The notes below the pieces were generated by a model. The model was not told the origin of the DNA, ran no database searches, and worked only from the letters and a program-made list of their open reading frames with translations. Source: Frondihabitans sucicola (GTDB taxonomy: Bacteria > Actinomycetota > Actinomycetes > Actinomycetales > Microbacteriaceae). Taken from it: a DNA stretch of 64,000 bases. The stretch is taken from contig NZ_AP027732.1 in NCBI RefSeq assembly GCF_030296615.1, positions 2,545,042 to 2,609,041 of the forward strand. Reading direction: 5' to 3'. Every line of letters starts with the position of its first letter. Position 1 is the stretch's first letter. This document shows, piece by piece, positions 27,111 to 38,728 of the stretch. The translations under genes were made by a program, and so were the position numbers.

Positions 27111-28259
27111 CTAGACGGCGGCCGGCGTGGTGGCCGCGGGGGCCGTCTCGGTCGGCTCGCCCTCGACGATGTCGTCGATCGTGACGACCGGCTCGTGCTG
27201 CTTGTAGACGACCCGCGACTGGTAGAGGAACCGCAGCGAGAAGCCGATCACGATCAGCCCGGCCTGGACCAGCACGCTGTGGAGGTTCGTGTTCTCGACG
27301 ATCACCCAGAGGGCGAAGGTGCGGATCGCCGACTCGGTGCCGTTGAACGCGAACGTGTGCCACCAGCGCTTCCAGACGCCGCGGGCGCCGGCCTTCAGGT
27401 CGTTGAAGATGAAGCGCTCCTGGAGCAGGAAGTTGCCGATGATCGTGACGACCGCGGCGATGCACGCGGCCGCGAGGTAGCCGACGCCGAACTGCTGCAG
27501 GCCCCAGAGGATGACGAGGTTGGCGACGGCACCGAGTGCGCCGATGGCCGCGAAGCCCGAGATGCGGCCGAACTTGAGGTCGAAGAGCTGACGGCCGAGG
27601 GCGATGCCCTGCTTCATGTCGGCTTTCGACGTGCCGGCGAGCCGGGCGTCGAAGACGAGCGGCACCTCGCGGATCTCGAGGGGCTGGCGAGCCAGGATCT
27701 CGAGGAGGATCTTGAAGCCGCGCGGGTGGAGACCGTCGAGCTTGACGGAGTCGCGGCGCACGCCGAAGAAGCCGGACATGGGGTCGGTGGTGCCGTGGAG
27801 GCGGCTCGGGAACAGCGCCTTCGTCACCTTGATGGAGAGCTGAGACACCGCTCGGCGGATGCCGCCGGAGAGGCCGTCGCTGGAGCCGCCGTCGACGTGG
27901 CGCGAGGCGACGACGACGTCGGCCTCGGTGGCACGGCCCTGCGCGAGGACCGAGGGGATGGTCTCGGGGCGGTGCTGGAGGTCGCCGTCCATGACGACGG
28001 CCCACTCGCCCGTGGCCTGGCGGAGGCCCGCGATGACGGCTCCGGAGAGACCGCCGACGGCGACGTCTCGGTGGAGAAGCCGCACCGGGATCTCGTGCTC
28101 GGTGGCGACCTGGGTCACGACGTCGGGCGTGTCGTCGGTGGAGTCGTCGACGAAGAGGATCTCTGCATCGGTGCCCGCGACCGCCTTCTCGATCCGGGTG
28201 ACGAGTTCTGCCACGTTCGGTGCTTCGTTGAAGGTCGGGATGACGACGGAAAGCTCCAT
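27111..28259 (-). CDS. family 2 glycosyltransferase with C-terminal GtrA-like membrane domain (polyprenol-phosphate mannose/glucose synthase-like)
   Basis: MELSVVIPTFNEAPNV...FVDDSTDDT...VMDGDLQH; C-terminal 4 TM helices. Confidence 0.8.
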   Translation of the reverse strand: MELSVVIPTFNEAPNVAELVTRIEKAVAGTDAEILFVDDSTDDTPDVVTQVATEHEIPVRLLHRDVAVGGLSGAVIAGLRQATGEWAVVMDGDLQHRPETIPSVLAQGRATEADVVVASRHVDGGSSDGLSGGIRRAVSQLSIKVTKALFPSRLHGTTDPMSGFFGVRRDSVKLDGLHPRGFKILLEILARQPLEIREVPLVFDARLAGTSKADMKQGIALGRQLFDLKFGRISGFAAIGALGAVANLVILWGLQQFGVGYLAAACIAAVVTIIGNFLLQERFIFNDLKAGARGVWKRWWHTFAFNGTESAIRTFALWVIVENTNLHSVLVQAGLIVIGFSLRFLYQSRVVYKQHEPVVTIDDIVEGEPTETAPAATTPAAV

Positions 28260-28340
28260 GCATCGAGCCTAGGAGGCGCCGTCCGGGAACGCCTCGGCCG
28301 AACGGGCGAACTTGAATCTCAACACATGTGATGAGAGAGG

Positions 28341-29402
28341 TCAGGCCGCGGTGCCCACCGGGGTCCAGCCGAGGGCGGGCGCCACGTGCTCCGCCACGGC
28401 TTCCAGCGTGCGCAGGTGTGCCTCCGCACCACCGTTCGCCGGGAGCGTGAGGGTCAGCTCGGTGACCTCGTCGAGCGCCTCGTCGGCGAGGAGCTCGTCG
28501 ACGATGCGCGCGGGCTCCCCAGCGTGGACCCTGTCGAACCGGATCGCCACGCTCGGGTCGTGCGGGCGCCCGTCGTCGTGCATCCGCTCGGCGTAGCCCC
28601 GGATGAAGCCCGCGTAGGCCTCTTCGTCGGCTGTCGACAGCAGAGGCAGGATCACGCGACCGGCGGCCACCCGCGGCTCGCGGACGGCCGCGGCCGGCGA
28701 CTCCGCGAAGGCTTTGCGATAGGCGCGGAGTTGCTTGGCCTGCCCGAGGGAGAACGTGTCGCCGGTCTCCTCCGAGTTGAGTGTCGAGACGTGCAGATCG
28801 AGGCCCTGGGTGCCGGTCCGGATCGCGCTCGCCAGGGATCCGGCCCCGTACCAGATCCGGTCGGCCAGGCCCGGCGCGTGCGGCCGCACGATGAGGTCGG
28901 TCTCGGCGCGGATGCTCATGTAGCCCGCACCGCTGTTGGCGACGGTCTCGCCAGCGATGGCCGCGCGCAGGCGCGCCATCCGGTACTGCGATTCTTCTCC
29001 GAAGCTGCGCTCGGACTCGCCGAACACGGGGTCGAAGATCGGGGCGAACTGAGGGATTCCGGTGCTGAGACCGAGTTCGAGGCGCCCGTCGCTCAGGAGG
29101 TCGACGGTCGCCGCGTCTTCCGCGAGTCGGATCGGGTCTTCGTAGCGGAGCGGGATGACACCCGTCCCGAGCCGGATCGTTCGAGTGTGCTGCGCGATCG
29201 CGCTGAGCAGAGTGAGCGGGCTGGAGGGGAACTCCTCGAAGTGCCGCACTCGGATCCAGCCGACGTCGTAGCCCAGCTCCTCGGCGCGCTCGAACATCGT
29301 GATCGAGTCGCGGAGGGCGCGAGCTGCTCCGGCGTCGCCGTAGGGGTTGGAGACGAACGACAGGAAGCCGAGTTCGAGAGGGCGGGTGCGCGACGAGGTC
29401 AC
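28341..29402 (-). CDS. LLM-class (luciferase-like) flavin-dependent oxidoreductase
   Basis: GTG start overlapping the upstream stop; LELGFLSFVSNPYGD... TIM-barrel LLM signature. Confidence 0.7.
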   Translation of the reverse strand: MTSSRTRPLELGFLSFVSNPYGDAGAARALRDSITMFERAEELGYDVGWIRVRHFEEFPSSPLTLLSAIAQHTRTIRLGTGVIPLRYEDPIRLAEDAATVDLLSDGRLELGLSTGIPQFAPIFDPVFGESERSFGEESQYRMARLRAAIAGETVANSGAGYMSIRAETDLIVRPHAPGLADRIWYGAGSLASAIRTGTQGLDLHVSTLNSEETGDTFSLGQAKQLRAYRKAFAESPAAAVREPRVAAGRVILPLLSTADEEAYAGFIRGYAERMHDDGRPHDPSVAIRFDRVHAGEPARIVDELLADEALDEVTELTLTLPANGGAEAHLRTLEAVAEHVAPALGWTPVGTAA

Positions 29403-29865
29403 GCCAGGATCCCCTTCAGGCGATCGACGAGCTGCGCCGGCTCGATGTGCTCGTCGGTCGACTCGAGTTCGGCGAGGCTCCACCAGCGCGACTCGAGGAT
29501 GTCGACCTTCTCGTCGTCGGTCCAGTCGTCGTCGACGATCTCGAAGTGCGGCAGGTGCACGACGTAGAACTCCGCGTGGCCGTGGGTGTGATCGGCGGCG
29601 TCCCACGGCACCTCGAAGTCTTCGGTGAAGACGACCTCGCCCGGATCGGAGATGACCTGCCCCGTCTCCTCGTGGAGTTCGCGGATCGCTGCGTCCCGGT
29701 GGTTCTCCCCGGGTCGACGCCGCCGCCGGGCGTGATCCACCGCGAGGCACCCGAGGTGTCCGGCGACTTCGTCAGCATGAGGAGGAGACGATCGTCTTCG
29801 TCGAGCACGATCAGTCGCGACGTGAGCCGCAGGATCACATCGCCCCGGCCGGGAACCTCGGCCAT
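29399..29865 (-). CDS. NUDIX hydrolase (apparent single-base frameshift ~29708 in a G-run)
   Basis: MAEVPGRGDVILRLTSRLIVLDEDDRLLLMLTK...WITPGGGVDPG then +1 frame ENHRDAAIRELHEETG (Nudix box). Confidence 0.7.
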
Positions 29866-29868
29866 CGC

Positions 29869-30636
29869 CTACGCCTGGGCGACGAAGTCGGACACGTCGC
29901 CCACGAGGCGCGTGTTGTCGTCGGGGATATCTTCGACGGCCGCGAGGGCGACCTCGGCGGCGAACTCCGCGACGTTGTAGAGCTTGCCGGCCGACTCGCG
30001 TCGAGACGAGATCGCACCCGGATTCGATCGCTCGAGAAGCGTCGCGGTGATGGTGCCCTCGATCATGTCGCCGGAGACGACGACGAACGAGACGCCCTTC
30101 TCCTCGAGAGAAGGGATGAGGTCGCGGAGGGCGTCTTCGCCCGCGCGCTTGGAGAGGGCCACCGGAAGGTACTCGGGCATCGTCTCGGTCGTGCGGATGA
30201 AGTGCGCCTGGTGGCTGGTCACGAAGACGACGCGCGAGCCGGGCGCCATCAGCGGGAGGGCCTGGGTGAGGACGTCGACCTGCGCGTCTCGGTTGAGCAG
30301 CAGCGCGTAGTTCTCGGCCATGCCGGATTCCATGCCGCCGGAGGCGTTGAGGACGAGGATGTCGAGGCCGCCGAACTCGCGCTGGACCGTGCCCAGCATC
30401 TCGGCGACGGAGGCCGGATCGGTGAGGTCGGCACCGATGGAGATCGCCGATCCGCCGTTCTCCTCGATCTTCGAGACGAGCTGCAGGGCGCGCTTCTCCT
30501 TGTTGCGGTAGTTGACGACGACGCGCGCTCCGGCCTCGGCGAGGAACTGAGCGGTGTCGGCGCCGACGCCGCGGGACGACCCCGTGACGAGGGCTCTGCT
30601 GCCCGAGAGGGATCCTGATGCGAGGGGGTTGGACAC
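29869..30636 (-). CDS. SDR family oxidoreductase
   Basis: AGGAG RBS 8 nt before GTG; ALVTGSSRGVGADTAQFLAEAGARVVV ... NASGG ... YxxxK-type core. Confidence 0.75.
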   Translation of the reverse strand: MSNPLASGSLSGSRALVTGSSRGVGADTAQFLAEAGARVVVNYRNKEKRALQLVSKIEENGGSAISIGADLTDPASVAEMLGTVQREFGGLDILVLNASGGMESGMAENYALLLNRDAQVDVLTQALPLMAPGSRVVFVTSHQAHFIRTTETMPEYLPVALSKRAGEDALRDLIPSLEEKGVSFVVVSGDMIEGTITATLLERSNPGAISSRRESAGKLYNVAEFAAEVALAAVEDIPDDNTRLVGDVSDFVAQA

Positions 30637-30780
30637 GGGGTGGCTCCTGTTCGTCGTGGGGCGAGCTTCTGGCGCGAACGCCGCCCCTGAGAATACCAAG
30701 TGGCTCCGGCGCACGAGCTCGGGCGACTGCTAGCGTATGAATGACACCGAAAGAAATAACACCACCGAGGGGCTGGAGCA

Positions 30781-31269
30781 ATGGTCGAGTTCTTCACTCA
30801 GTACTCGTGGATCATCTGGGTCGCGCTCATCCTCCTGTTCGTCATCGTCGAGGTGGCGACAGTCGAGTTCACGTTCCTGATGTTGGCCATCGGCAGCGTC
30901 GGCGGGCTCCTCACAGGACTGTTCGGCGGGCCCTTCTGGCTGTCGGTCGTCGTCGCCGCGGTCGTCTCCATCCTTCTGCTCTTCACGGTTCGTCCACCGC
31001 TGCTCCGCGCGCTCAAACGCGGCGGTGATCCGACGCTGTCGAACGTCGACGCCCTGCTCGGTCAGCGGGGCACTGTCGTCGTGCCACTGGCCGGCCGCGT
31101 CGACGACCCCGCTCTGGGGCAGGTGAAGCTCGCCAACGGCGAGACCTGGACCGCCCGCCTGCTCGCGCCGACCGGCGAGGGCTCGATCGACACGGGTGCG
31201 ACCGTCGTCGTCACCGCAATCGAGGGGTCGACGGCAGTCGTCGTCCCTGCTGAAAGGACATCCTCATGA
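30781..31269 (+). CDS. NfeD-family membrane protein (SPFH partner)
   Basis: N-terminal TM helices + C-terminal OB-fold-like (GQVKLANGETWTARLL). Confidence 0.7.
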   Translation: MVEFFTQYSWIIWVALILLFVIVEVATVEFTFLMLAIGSVGGLLTGLFGGPFWLSVVVAAVVSILLLFTVRPPLLRALKRGGDPTLSNVDALLGQRGTVVVPLAGRVDDPALGQVKLANGETWTARLLAPTGEGSIDTGATVVVTAIEGSTAVVVPAERTSS

Positions 31270-32271
31270 CCGACGCGTCCACAATCGGCGGCATCGTGCT
31301 CGCCATCGTCCTCATCATCGTCGTCATCTTCGTGCTGGTGATCCTGTTCCGCGCGATCCGGATCATCCCGCAGGCGACCGCCGGCGTGGTGGAGCGCCTC
31401 GGCAAGTACCACAAGACCCTCTCCCCGGCCTCAACATCCTGGTCCCGTTCATCGACCGGGTCAGGCCGCTGCTCGACATGCGCGAGCAAGTCGTCTCGTT
31501 TCCTCCGCAGCCCGTGATCACGGAAGACAACCTGGTGGTCTCCATCGACACGGTCGTCTACTTCCAGGTCACCGACGCCCGCGCCGCGACCTACGAGATC
31601 GCCAATTACCTCGGTGCCGTCGAGCAGCTCACGACCACCACGCTGCGTAACGTCGTCGGTGGCCTGAACCTCGAAGAAGCCCTGACCAGCCGCGACAACA
31701 TCAACGGTCAACTGCGCATCGTCCTCGACGAGGCCACCGGCAAGTGGGGCATCCGCGTCGGTCGAGTCGAGCTCAAGGCGATCGAGCCGCCCCTGTCGAT
31801 CCAGGACTCCATGGAGCAGCAGATGCGCGCCGAGCGTGACCGTCGCGCGCAGATCCTTCGGGCCGAGGGAACGAAGCAGGCGGCCATCCTCCAGGCCGAG
31901 GGCTCCCGGCAGGCCAGCATCCTCGAAGCCGAGGGCGCTGCGAAGTCCCAGGTGCTCCGGGCCGAGGGTGAAGCCCAGGCCATCCAGACGGTCTTCCAGG
32001 CCATCCACGACGGCGATGCCGACCCCAAGCTGCTCGCCTATCAGTACCTCCAGACGCTGCCGAAGATCGCCGACGGCAATGCCAGCAAGGTGTGGATGAT
32101 CCCGTCCGAGTTCACCGAGGCCCTCAAGGGCGTCGGCGCAGGGTTCCTCGGTGCTCGCGAGGCCGTGAAGGGCGGAGAATCCGTGGCGGCGGCTGCCGCG
32201 GCGGCTGCGGCCGCTGCCGGTGCGACCGCAGCGAGCGACGACACTCCCCGGCTGCGCCCGCGGCCCAGTAG
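31266..32271 (+). CDS. SPFH/band-7 (stomatin/prohibitin-like) protein; two apparent single-base frameshifts in CCCC runs (~31425, ~32246)
   Basis: N-terminal TM + RIIPQATAGVVERLGKYHKTL / PGLNILVPFIDRV...EDNLVVSIDTVVYFQVTDA... coiled-coil Ala/Glu-rich tail; restoring a C at 32246 gives ...SDDTPPAAPAAQ* ending at 32271. Confidence 0.7.
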
Positions 32272-32291
32272 GTGTCGGCGCCGGTCGCACC

Positions 32292-33056
32292 GTGACTTCG
32301 TGGTTCACTCCCCCGGCGCCGCGGGTCATCGCTCACCGCGGTCTGGCGGTCGGAGCCCCCGAGAACACGCTCCTGGCGTTTCTCGAGGCGCTCGCACTCG
32401 GGGTGACACACCTCGAGACCGACGTCCACGCCACGAGCGACGGCGTGGCGGTCATCAGCCACGATCCCGACCTGGGCCGTCTGACCGGCCGCGCGACGCC
32501 GATCCTGCAGTCGTCGCTCGCTGATCTCCAGCGCATCGACCTCGGACACGATCAGAGGGTGCCGACGCTGGCCGAGGCTCTCCACGCCTTCCCCGACGCC
32601 CGCTTCAACATCGACATCAAGTCCGACGAGGCCCTTCGCCCCGCGGTCGCGGCGATCGAGCACGAAAAAGCCCTCGACCGGGTCCTCGTGACGTCCTTCG
32701 ACGACACCCGCAGGAAGGCTGCGGTCGCCGCTCTCCCCGGCGTCGCCACGTCACCGTCGTCGCGGGGCGTCGTCCTAGCCGCCCTCGCTGCGCGGCTGCC
32801 CCTCACAGCACTCCGTCGCCGGTCACTGCGGGGTCTTCATGCCCTCCAGGTGCCGGAGTCGTTCCGGGGCGTGCCCATCGTCACGCCGACGCTCATCCGC
32901 GCGGCGCACGAGAGCGGTGTCGAGGTCCACGTCTGGACCATCAATTCACCGGCCGACATGAGGCGCCTGCTCGAGCTCGGCGTCGACGGGATCATCACCG
33001 ACAGGGCCGATCTGGGGCTCGAGGTGCTCGACGATTTCGAGACGGCAGGCGGCTGA
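32292..33056 (+). CDS. glycerophosphodiester phosphodiesterase
   Basis: PRVIAHRGLAVGAPENTLLAF...HLETDVHATSDGVAVISHD (GDPD motifs); start uncertain (GTG 32220 or 32292). Confidence 0.7.
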   Translation: MTSWFTPPAPRVIAHRGLAVGAPENTLLAFLEALALGVTHLETDVHATSDGVAVISHDPDLGRLTGRATPILQSSLADLQRIDLGHDQRVPTLAEALHAFPDARFNIDIKSDEALRPAVAAIEHEKALDRVLVTSFDDTRRKAAVAALPGVATSPSSRGVVLAALAARLPLTALRRRSLRGLHALQVPESFRGVPIVTPTLIRAAHESGVEVHVWTINSPADMRRLLELGVDGIITDRADLGLEVLDDFETAGG

Positions 33057-33169
33057 TCGCTCGAGGCTCCTGAAGTGCTGAGTACGCACTGTGAAATCAG
33101 CACACTTGGAACAACCCTCCATGGTATGCCGTTATAACGGAGGATTGCAACGCGAGAGGAGACCACACA

Positions 33170-33535
33170 ATGGCAGATCGCAGTTTGCGCGGAATGAGGC
33201 TCGGAAGCCAGAGCCTCCAAAGCGAAGAGGGCGTCGAGTTCTCACCCCGAAAGAAGGCTGTCTACCAGACGGCGGACGGCGCCACATTCGATGTCGTCTT
33301 CGCAGCCGAGGCCGAGATACCCGACTCCTGGCAGTCGCCGAAAACGGGCCAAGAGGGCCTTCTGCTCTCCGCCGATGGAAAGCCGGTCGAGATCGATCGA
33401 GGCGACGTCAAGGTCCCGCGGACCCACTGGGACATGTTGCTCGAACGCCGCACGCGGCCCGAGCTCGAAGAATTGCTGCAGGAGCGACTCGACTTCTTGA
33501 GGGCTCGCAAGGGCCAGCAGAAGATCGGCGCCTAG
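33170..33535 (+). CDS. rbpA: RNA polymerase-binding protein RbpA
   Basis: MADRSLRGMRLGSQS...VPRTHWDMLLERRTRPELEELLQERLDFLRARKG matches actinobacterial RbpA. Confidence 0.85.
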   Translation: MADRSLRGMRLGSQSLQSEEGVEFSPRKKAVYQTADGATFDVVFAAEAEIPDSWQSPKTGQEGLLLSADGKPVEIDRGDVKVPRTHWDMLLERRTRPELEELLQERLDFLRARKGQQKIGA

Positions 33536-33574
33536 CGACCGTTCTGCGATGCGCCGCGCTGGGCGGCCATCCCT

Positions 33575-33611
33575 GAGCGCCGGTGAGAGCCGGCGCTCTT
33601 TTGCGTCTTCC
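33575..33611 (+). terminator. rho-independent terminator of rbpA (GAGCGCCGG-loop-CCGGCGCTC + T-tract)
   Basis: 9-bp perfect stem followed by TTTTGCGTCTTCC. Confidence 0.6.
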
Positions 33612-33629
33612 GACGGCGCCTTGCGGCAG

Positions 33630-35223
33630 TCAGGCCGCGCGAGAGAGCTTGGCCGCAGCTCGGCCGGCCCGGCGAGCGTGCCGCCGCGCCCTGGCTGCGT
33701 CGCCGTATCCGGTTCCGACGAGCAGGATCCGCGCCAGGACGAGAACGGCGAGGCCCAGGATCGAGACGAAGCCCTCCATTGCCGCTCCCCCTCGATCGCC
33801 GGCGTGGTGCCCTTGCCCAGCGTGACCGTCGTCAGCAGGACGCCCGGCTGATAGGCGGGGATCGACTGCACGGTGGTGCCCTGGGCGGAGATGACGGCGC
33901 TGGAGCCGACCGTCGAGATGTTGACGAGGGGCGAGACGACTCGATGGCTCGCAACCTGGCGATGGCGAGTTGCTGCGTGTTCTCGTCGGTGCGGCCGAAG
34001 TCGGCGTTGTTCGTCTGGGCGAGGATGATCTGCGCCCCGCCCTTGACCATGTTCGTCGTCAAAGCGTCGTCGACGATGTCGAAGCAGATCGAGATCCCCG
34101 CCTTGATCTTGCCCACGTCGAGGACGTTGCCTCGGGTACCGATCGTGTAGTCGCGGGCGATGAGGTCGATGAGGGACGGCGCGAACGGTCTCCAGAACGA
34201 GCGATCGGGCACATACTCGCCGAACGGCACCAGGTGCACCTTGTCGTACTGCGCGGTCACCTTGCCGCCCGACCAGACCACGGACGAGTTGAAGAGCTTC
34301 TTGCCCTTCTGCGTGATCACCCCCGAGACGAGGGGCGCGTGGTACGCCTTGGTGATGGTGTTGAAGACATAGGTGCCGTAGGGGTCCCGGGTGGGGTCGC
34401 GGTCGCTCGCGCCCTCGGGCCAGACGATCATGTCGACCTTCTTCGACGTCGGCACGCCGTCGTAGGTCGCCAGGACCTGCGCGTCGGTCAGATCGCCGTA
34501 CTGCCGCTTCTCGAAGTAGCCGGCCTTGCTGTTGCCCTGCACGGCGGCGACGGTCGACGTTCCCGCCGACTGGGCAGGCCACGCGGGGATGGCCAGGATC
34601 GCGACGATCGTCGTGGCTCCGATCAGGAACCGGGTGGACCGCAGGACGGGCTTCTCGATGGCGAGCTGGATCACGAGAGCCGTGATCCCCACCATCAGGA
34701 AGCTGAGACCCGAGATGCCGAACCACGCCACCAGCGGCGCGAACGGGCTCTGAGACTGGCTCTCGGCGACACGACCCCAGGAGAAGCCGCCGTACGGCCA
34801 ATGCCCCGAGGCGTACTCGCGCGCCGTCCAGAGGCCCGCCACGACGACCGGGAGGAGGAGCGTCCGCCCGAGCGTGGTCGGCCAGACGCGCGGCACCCAC
34901 CGGTAGGCCAGCGTGATGGCGACGGCTCCGAGAGCGAAGAAGAGGGCCTCGAGGGTGGCCAGGGCGACCCAGGGCAGCGCTCCGAGGTAGAGGCTCGTCC
35001 ACTGGACGTGCACCAGGAAGAACGAGAGACCCCCGACGAAGCCGACGAGGAAGGCTCCGCCGACTCGGCGTCCGAGGAACGTGACCAGGTAGAGACCGAT
35101 TCCGAGGAAGGCGAGCGGCCAGATGTCTTTGTCGGGGAACGCCGCGTCGAGGAGCGGGCCCGCGCCGAGCGCCACGATGAGGGCGACCCAGAGCGGGAGG
35201 TGGAAGTCGGGGGTGCGTGGCAC
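33630..35223 (-). CDS. lnt: apolipoprotein N-acyltransferase (apparent frameshifts in the 3' third, 33640-33900)
   Basis: N-terminal 6-7 TM helices (LPLWVALIVALGAG...), CN-hydrolase domain (GISICFDIVDD...ILAQTNNADFG), C-terminal TM MEGFVSILGLAVLVLARILL recovered in a third frame. Confidence 0.7.
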
Positions 35224-35285
35224 CCGAGAAGTGTAGGCGCGCGATCCTTGGGAGAAACCCCGAGGCAGGCCCGTGCCGAGCCCGC

Positions 35286-37807
35286 TCACACCGCGGTGTA
35301 CGAGACGATGCCGCGTCGCACGGCGTCGAGCGCCTTGCGGGCGATCGGCCCGACCGGTGGATCGGCGACGACGGACAGCTGGTCGAGGAGGTCGATGGTC
35401 TGCTTCGTCCAGCGCACGAAGTCGCCCGCGGCGAGTTCGGCGTCGTCGAGGACGGAGTCGAGGGAGGCACCTCGCGCCCAGCGGTGCATGGCCAGGGCCA
35501 GACCCGGCGCAGGCTGCGCTGTACCGGGCAGCTTGTGGGCCTGCTCGAGGTCGTCGAGTTCGCTCCAGATGGTGCGGGTCCGGTCGAGAGCGGTCCGGAA
35601 CTCTCCGCGCGGCAGATAGCGCTCCGACACCATTCCCTCGTCGCGCCGCGGCTCGTAGACCAGCGTCGCGGCCATCGCGGCCAGGGACGGGACGTCGAGC
35701 TGGTTCCAGACGCCGCGCCGGAGGCACTCGGCCACCAGGAGATCGCGGTCGCCGTAGATGCGCCGCAGGGTCCGGCCCGGCGAGGCGACGTCGACCTCGG
35801 CCACCTTCGACACCGACGACGAATCGTACGTGGCGGCCTCGGCCGCGTTGGAGCCGTCTCGCGGCACCAGGTACCCGAGATCGAGGAGGACGTCGGTGAC
35901 CCTGTCGAAGATCTTGGCGACGGCTCCGGTCCGGCTGCGGATCTGCGCGGAGAGCTGATCCGTCTGCTTCTTGAGCCTGTACCAGCGCTCGGCCCAGCGT
36001 GCGTGCTGCTCGCGTTCGGTGCAGGCGTTGCAGGGGTGCTGTCGCAGCTCGCGGCGGAGCGCCGTGATCTTCTCCTGGCGCCGGTCACGCTCGCTGCGAC
36101 TCTGAGCCTCCGAGCGCGACGCGCCCTGCTTCTCGAGGGCGGCGATGTCCTGTCGCAGCAGCATGTACTCGCCGAAGTCGCCGAGGTGGCACTGCATCGA
36201 CTTCGCGTAGCCGTCGAGCGACTGCTGCTGCGTGCGGACCTTGCGGGCGAGGTCGACGACGGCGCGGTCGGCCTGGAACTGCGCGAACGATGTCTCGAGG
36301 ACCTCGCGGGTGCGCGAGCGACCGAACTGCTCGATCAGGTTGACGGCCATGTTGTAGGTCGGCCGGAAGCTCGAATTGAGCGGGTAGGTGCGCCGCGAAG
36401 CGAGCGAGGCGACGGCCTGCGGGTCGAGCCCCTGGGCCCACTGGATGACGGAGTGGCCCTCGACGTCGATCCCTCGCCGGCCGGCTCGCCCGGTGAGCTG
36501 CGTGTACTCCCCCGGCGTGATCGGCACGCGGGATTCGCCGTTGAACTTCTCGAGCTTCTCCAGCACGACGCTGCGAGCCGGCATGTTGATGCCGAGCGCG
36601 AGCGTCTCGGTCGCGAAGACGACCTTGACGAGCTTGCGCTGGAACAGCTCTTCCACGACCTCTTTGAAGGCCGGCAGGAGGCCTGCGTGGTGCGCGGCCA
36701 CGCCGCGTTCGAGACCTTCGAGCCACTCGTAGTAGCCGAGCACGGCCAGATCCTCGTCGCGGAGGGTGCGGCAGTGCTCGTCGACGATCTCGCGGATCTC
36801 CTGGCGCTCGGGCGCGGTCGTGAGCCGGATCCCGGAGCGGAGGACCTGGCGGACGGCCTGGTCGCAGCCGACCCGGCTGAAGACGAAGAAGATGGCCGGC
36901 AGCAGATTCTTTCCGTCGAGGAGCTCGACGATCTTCCAGCGGTCCATTCGGCCGAAGTTCTGCGGACCGCTCTGCTGGGGGCGCGACTGCGGCTTGCCCC
37001 GATAGCCGTGGGAGCCTGATCCTGGTCGGCCGCCCCGGTCGCGGCGACCGGACGACCGCCCGGTCAGGAGGCTGCGCGGACGAGTTCGGGGTTCACGCGG
37101 TTCGTCGCCGCTTTGCCGCTCGAGTCGAAGAGGTCGAGGTACTTCGAGCCGACGAGCACGTGCTGCTGAAGGGGAACCGGGCGCTCTTCGGAGACGATCA
37201 CGTCGGTCTCGCCGCGCACGGCTTGAAGCCAGTCGCCGAATTCTTCGGCGTTCGACACCGTCGCGCTCAGAGACACCAGTCGGACGTCGAGCGGGAGGTG
37301 GATGATGACCTCTTCCCAGACGGCGCCGCGGAACCGGTCGCCGAGGAAGTGGACCTCGTCGAGCACCACGTAGCGGAGGTCGTCGAGCAGATCGCTGCCC
37401 GCGTAGAGCATGTTGCGGAGCACCTCGGTGGTCATGACCACGATGCGCGCCCGAGAGTTGACGTTCGTGTCGCCCGTCAGCAGGCCGACCTCGCCGGCGC
37501 CGTATTCGGCGACCAGCTCTTGGTACTTCTGGTTCGAGAGCGCCTTCATCGGAGCCGTGTAGAACACCTTGTCGCGGGGATCCTGCATGGCGAGATGGAT
37601 CGCGAACTCGGCCACGAGCGTCTTGCCCGCGCCGGTCGGAGCCGCCACGAGCACGCTGCGCCCCTCTTCGACCACCTCGCACGCGGCGATCTGGAAGGCG
37701 TCGAGACCGAACGACAACCGCGACCGGAAGGCCTGCAGCTGCGGCGTGCGGGTTCGGGTGCGCGAAGCGGAGAACCGCTCGGCCGGAGACAGTTCGCTAC
37801 TGGTCAC
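35286..37807 (-). CDS. helY: Ski2-like DEAD/DEAH-box helicase HelY (apparent single-base frameshift ~37067)
   Basis: N-terminus AAPTGAGKT...DEVHF...; C-terminal frame carries helicase C domain and DSHCT-like tail; same position relative to tatC as in mycobacteria. Confidence 0.8.
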
Positions 37808-37873
37808 GCCTTCGATTCTGTCACGCCCCGTCTCGGGCCGTGGGAGACCCGAGACGAGGAGCGACGTCGAACG

Positions 37874-38725
37874 CTACTCGCCCGCCAGTTCTGCGTCGAG
37901 CTCGGCGTCGAGCTGGGCGACTCGCTTGGCGACGCGACGGTCGTGGAAGAACGTGACCGCGCAGGCTGCGAGGTAGAGCAGGATCATCGGCACGGCCAGC
38001 AGCAGCATCGAGATGACGTCGGCGGCAGGCGTGACGATCGCCGTGAAGAGGACGATCAGGATGATCGCGACGCGCCAGCTCTTGATGATCGACTTCGCCG
38101 AGATGACTCCGACGAAGTTGAGCAGCACGAGGAACACCGGCAGCACGAACGCGACACCGACGGCGAGGACGAGCTTCAGCACGAAGTCGTAGTAGGTCTT
38201 CGCGTCGATGATGCTCGAGTCTTGCTGGGCGATGAAGCTCGTCATGACCTGGACGATGTGCGGCAGCACGAAGTACCCGGCGCAGCAGCCCGCCAGGAAC
38301 AGCGGGATGGCCGTGAGGAGGAATCCGAGCGCGTAGAGCTTCTCTTTGCGCACCAGAGCGGGGACGATGAACGCCCAGACCTGGTACAGCCACATCGGGC
38401 TCGAGATGATCACGCCGACGGTCACGGTGATCGTCAGCTTGAGGTCGAACGCGCCGGTGATGTTGGCGAAGTTCAGCGAAGCCTGGCGGTGGTCGGAACC
38501 GGCGATCTGCAGCACAGGCGCTCGGAGAGCGTCGAGGACGTACGGCGAGAGGAACCAGCCGGCCACCGAGCAGAGCGCGATCGACACCGCAGCCAGGAAG
38601 AGCCTCTTGCGAAGCTCGATGAAATGCTGCCCGAGCGACATACGCCCTTCGGCGCTCTTGGAGGAGCGCCCAGGCCGCGGTGCCTTGTCAGCGGCTTCGT
38701 CGCCGCGTACGGAGGTCGCGGCCAC
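37874..38725 (-). CDS. tatC: twin-arginine translocase subunit TatC
   Basis: MSLGQHFIELRKRLF... 6 TM; GTG 38725 or ATG 38641. Confidence 0.85.
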   Translation of the reverse strand: MAATSVRGDEAADKAPRPGRSSKSAEGRMSLGQHFIELRKRLFLAAVSIALCSVAGWFLSPYVLDALRAPVLQIAGSDHRQASLNFANITGAFDLKLTITVTVGVIISSPMWLYQVWAFIVPALVRKEKLYALGFLLTAIPLFLAGCCAGYFVLPHIVQVMTSFIAQQDSSIIDAKTYYDFVLKLVLAVGVAFVLPVFLVLLNFVGVISAKSIIKSWRVAIILIVLFTAIVTPAADVISMLLLAVPMILLYLAACAVTFFHDRRVAKRVAQLDAELDAELAGE

Positions 38726-38728
38726 GGA

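Noticed and set aside
33242-36088. 948-aa ORF on the minus strand spanning lnt and helY
   Set aside because: Arg/Pro/Gly-rich high-GC artefact reading across frames. The real genes here are lnt (with frameshifts) and helY in other frames; only a short segment of it coincides with the lnt C-terminal frame.
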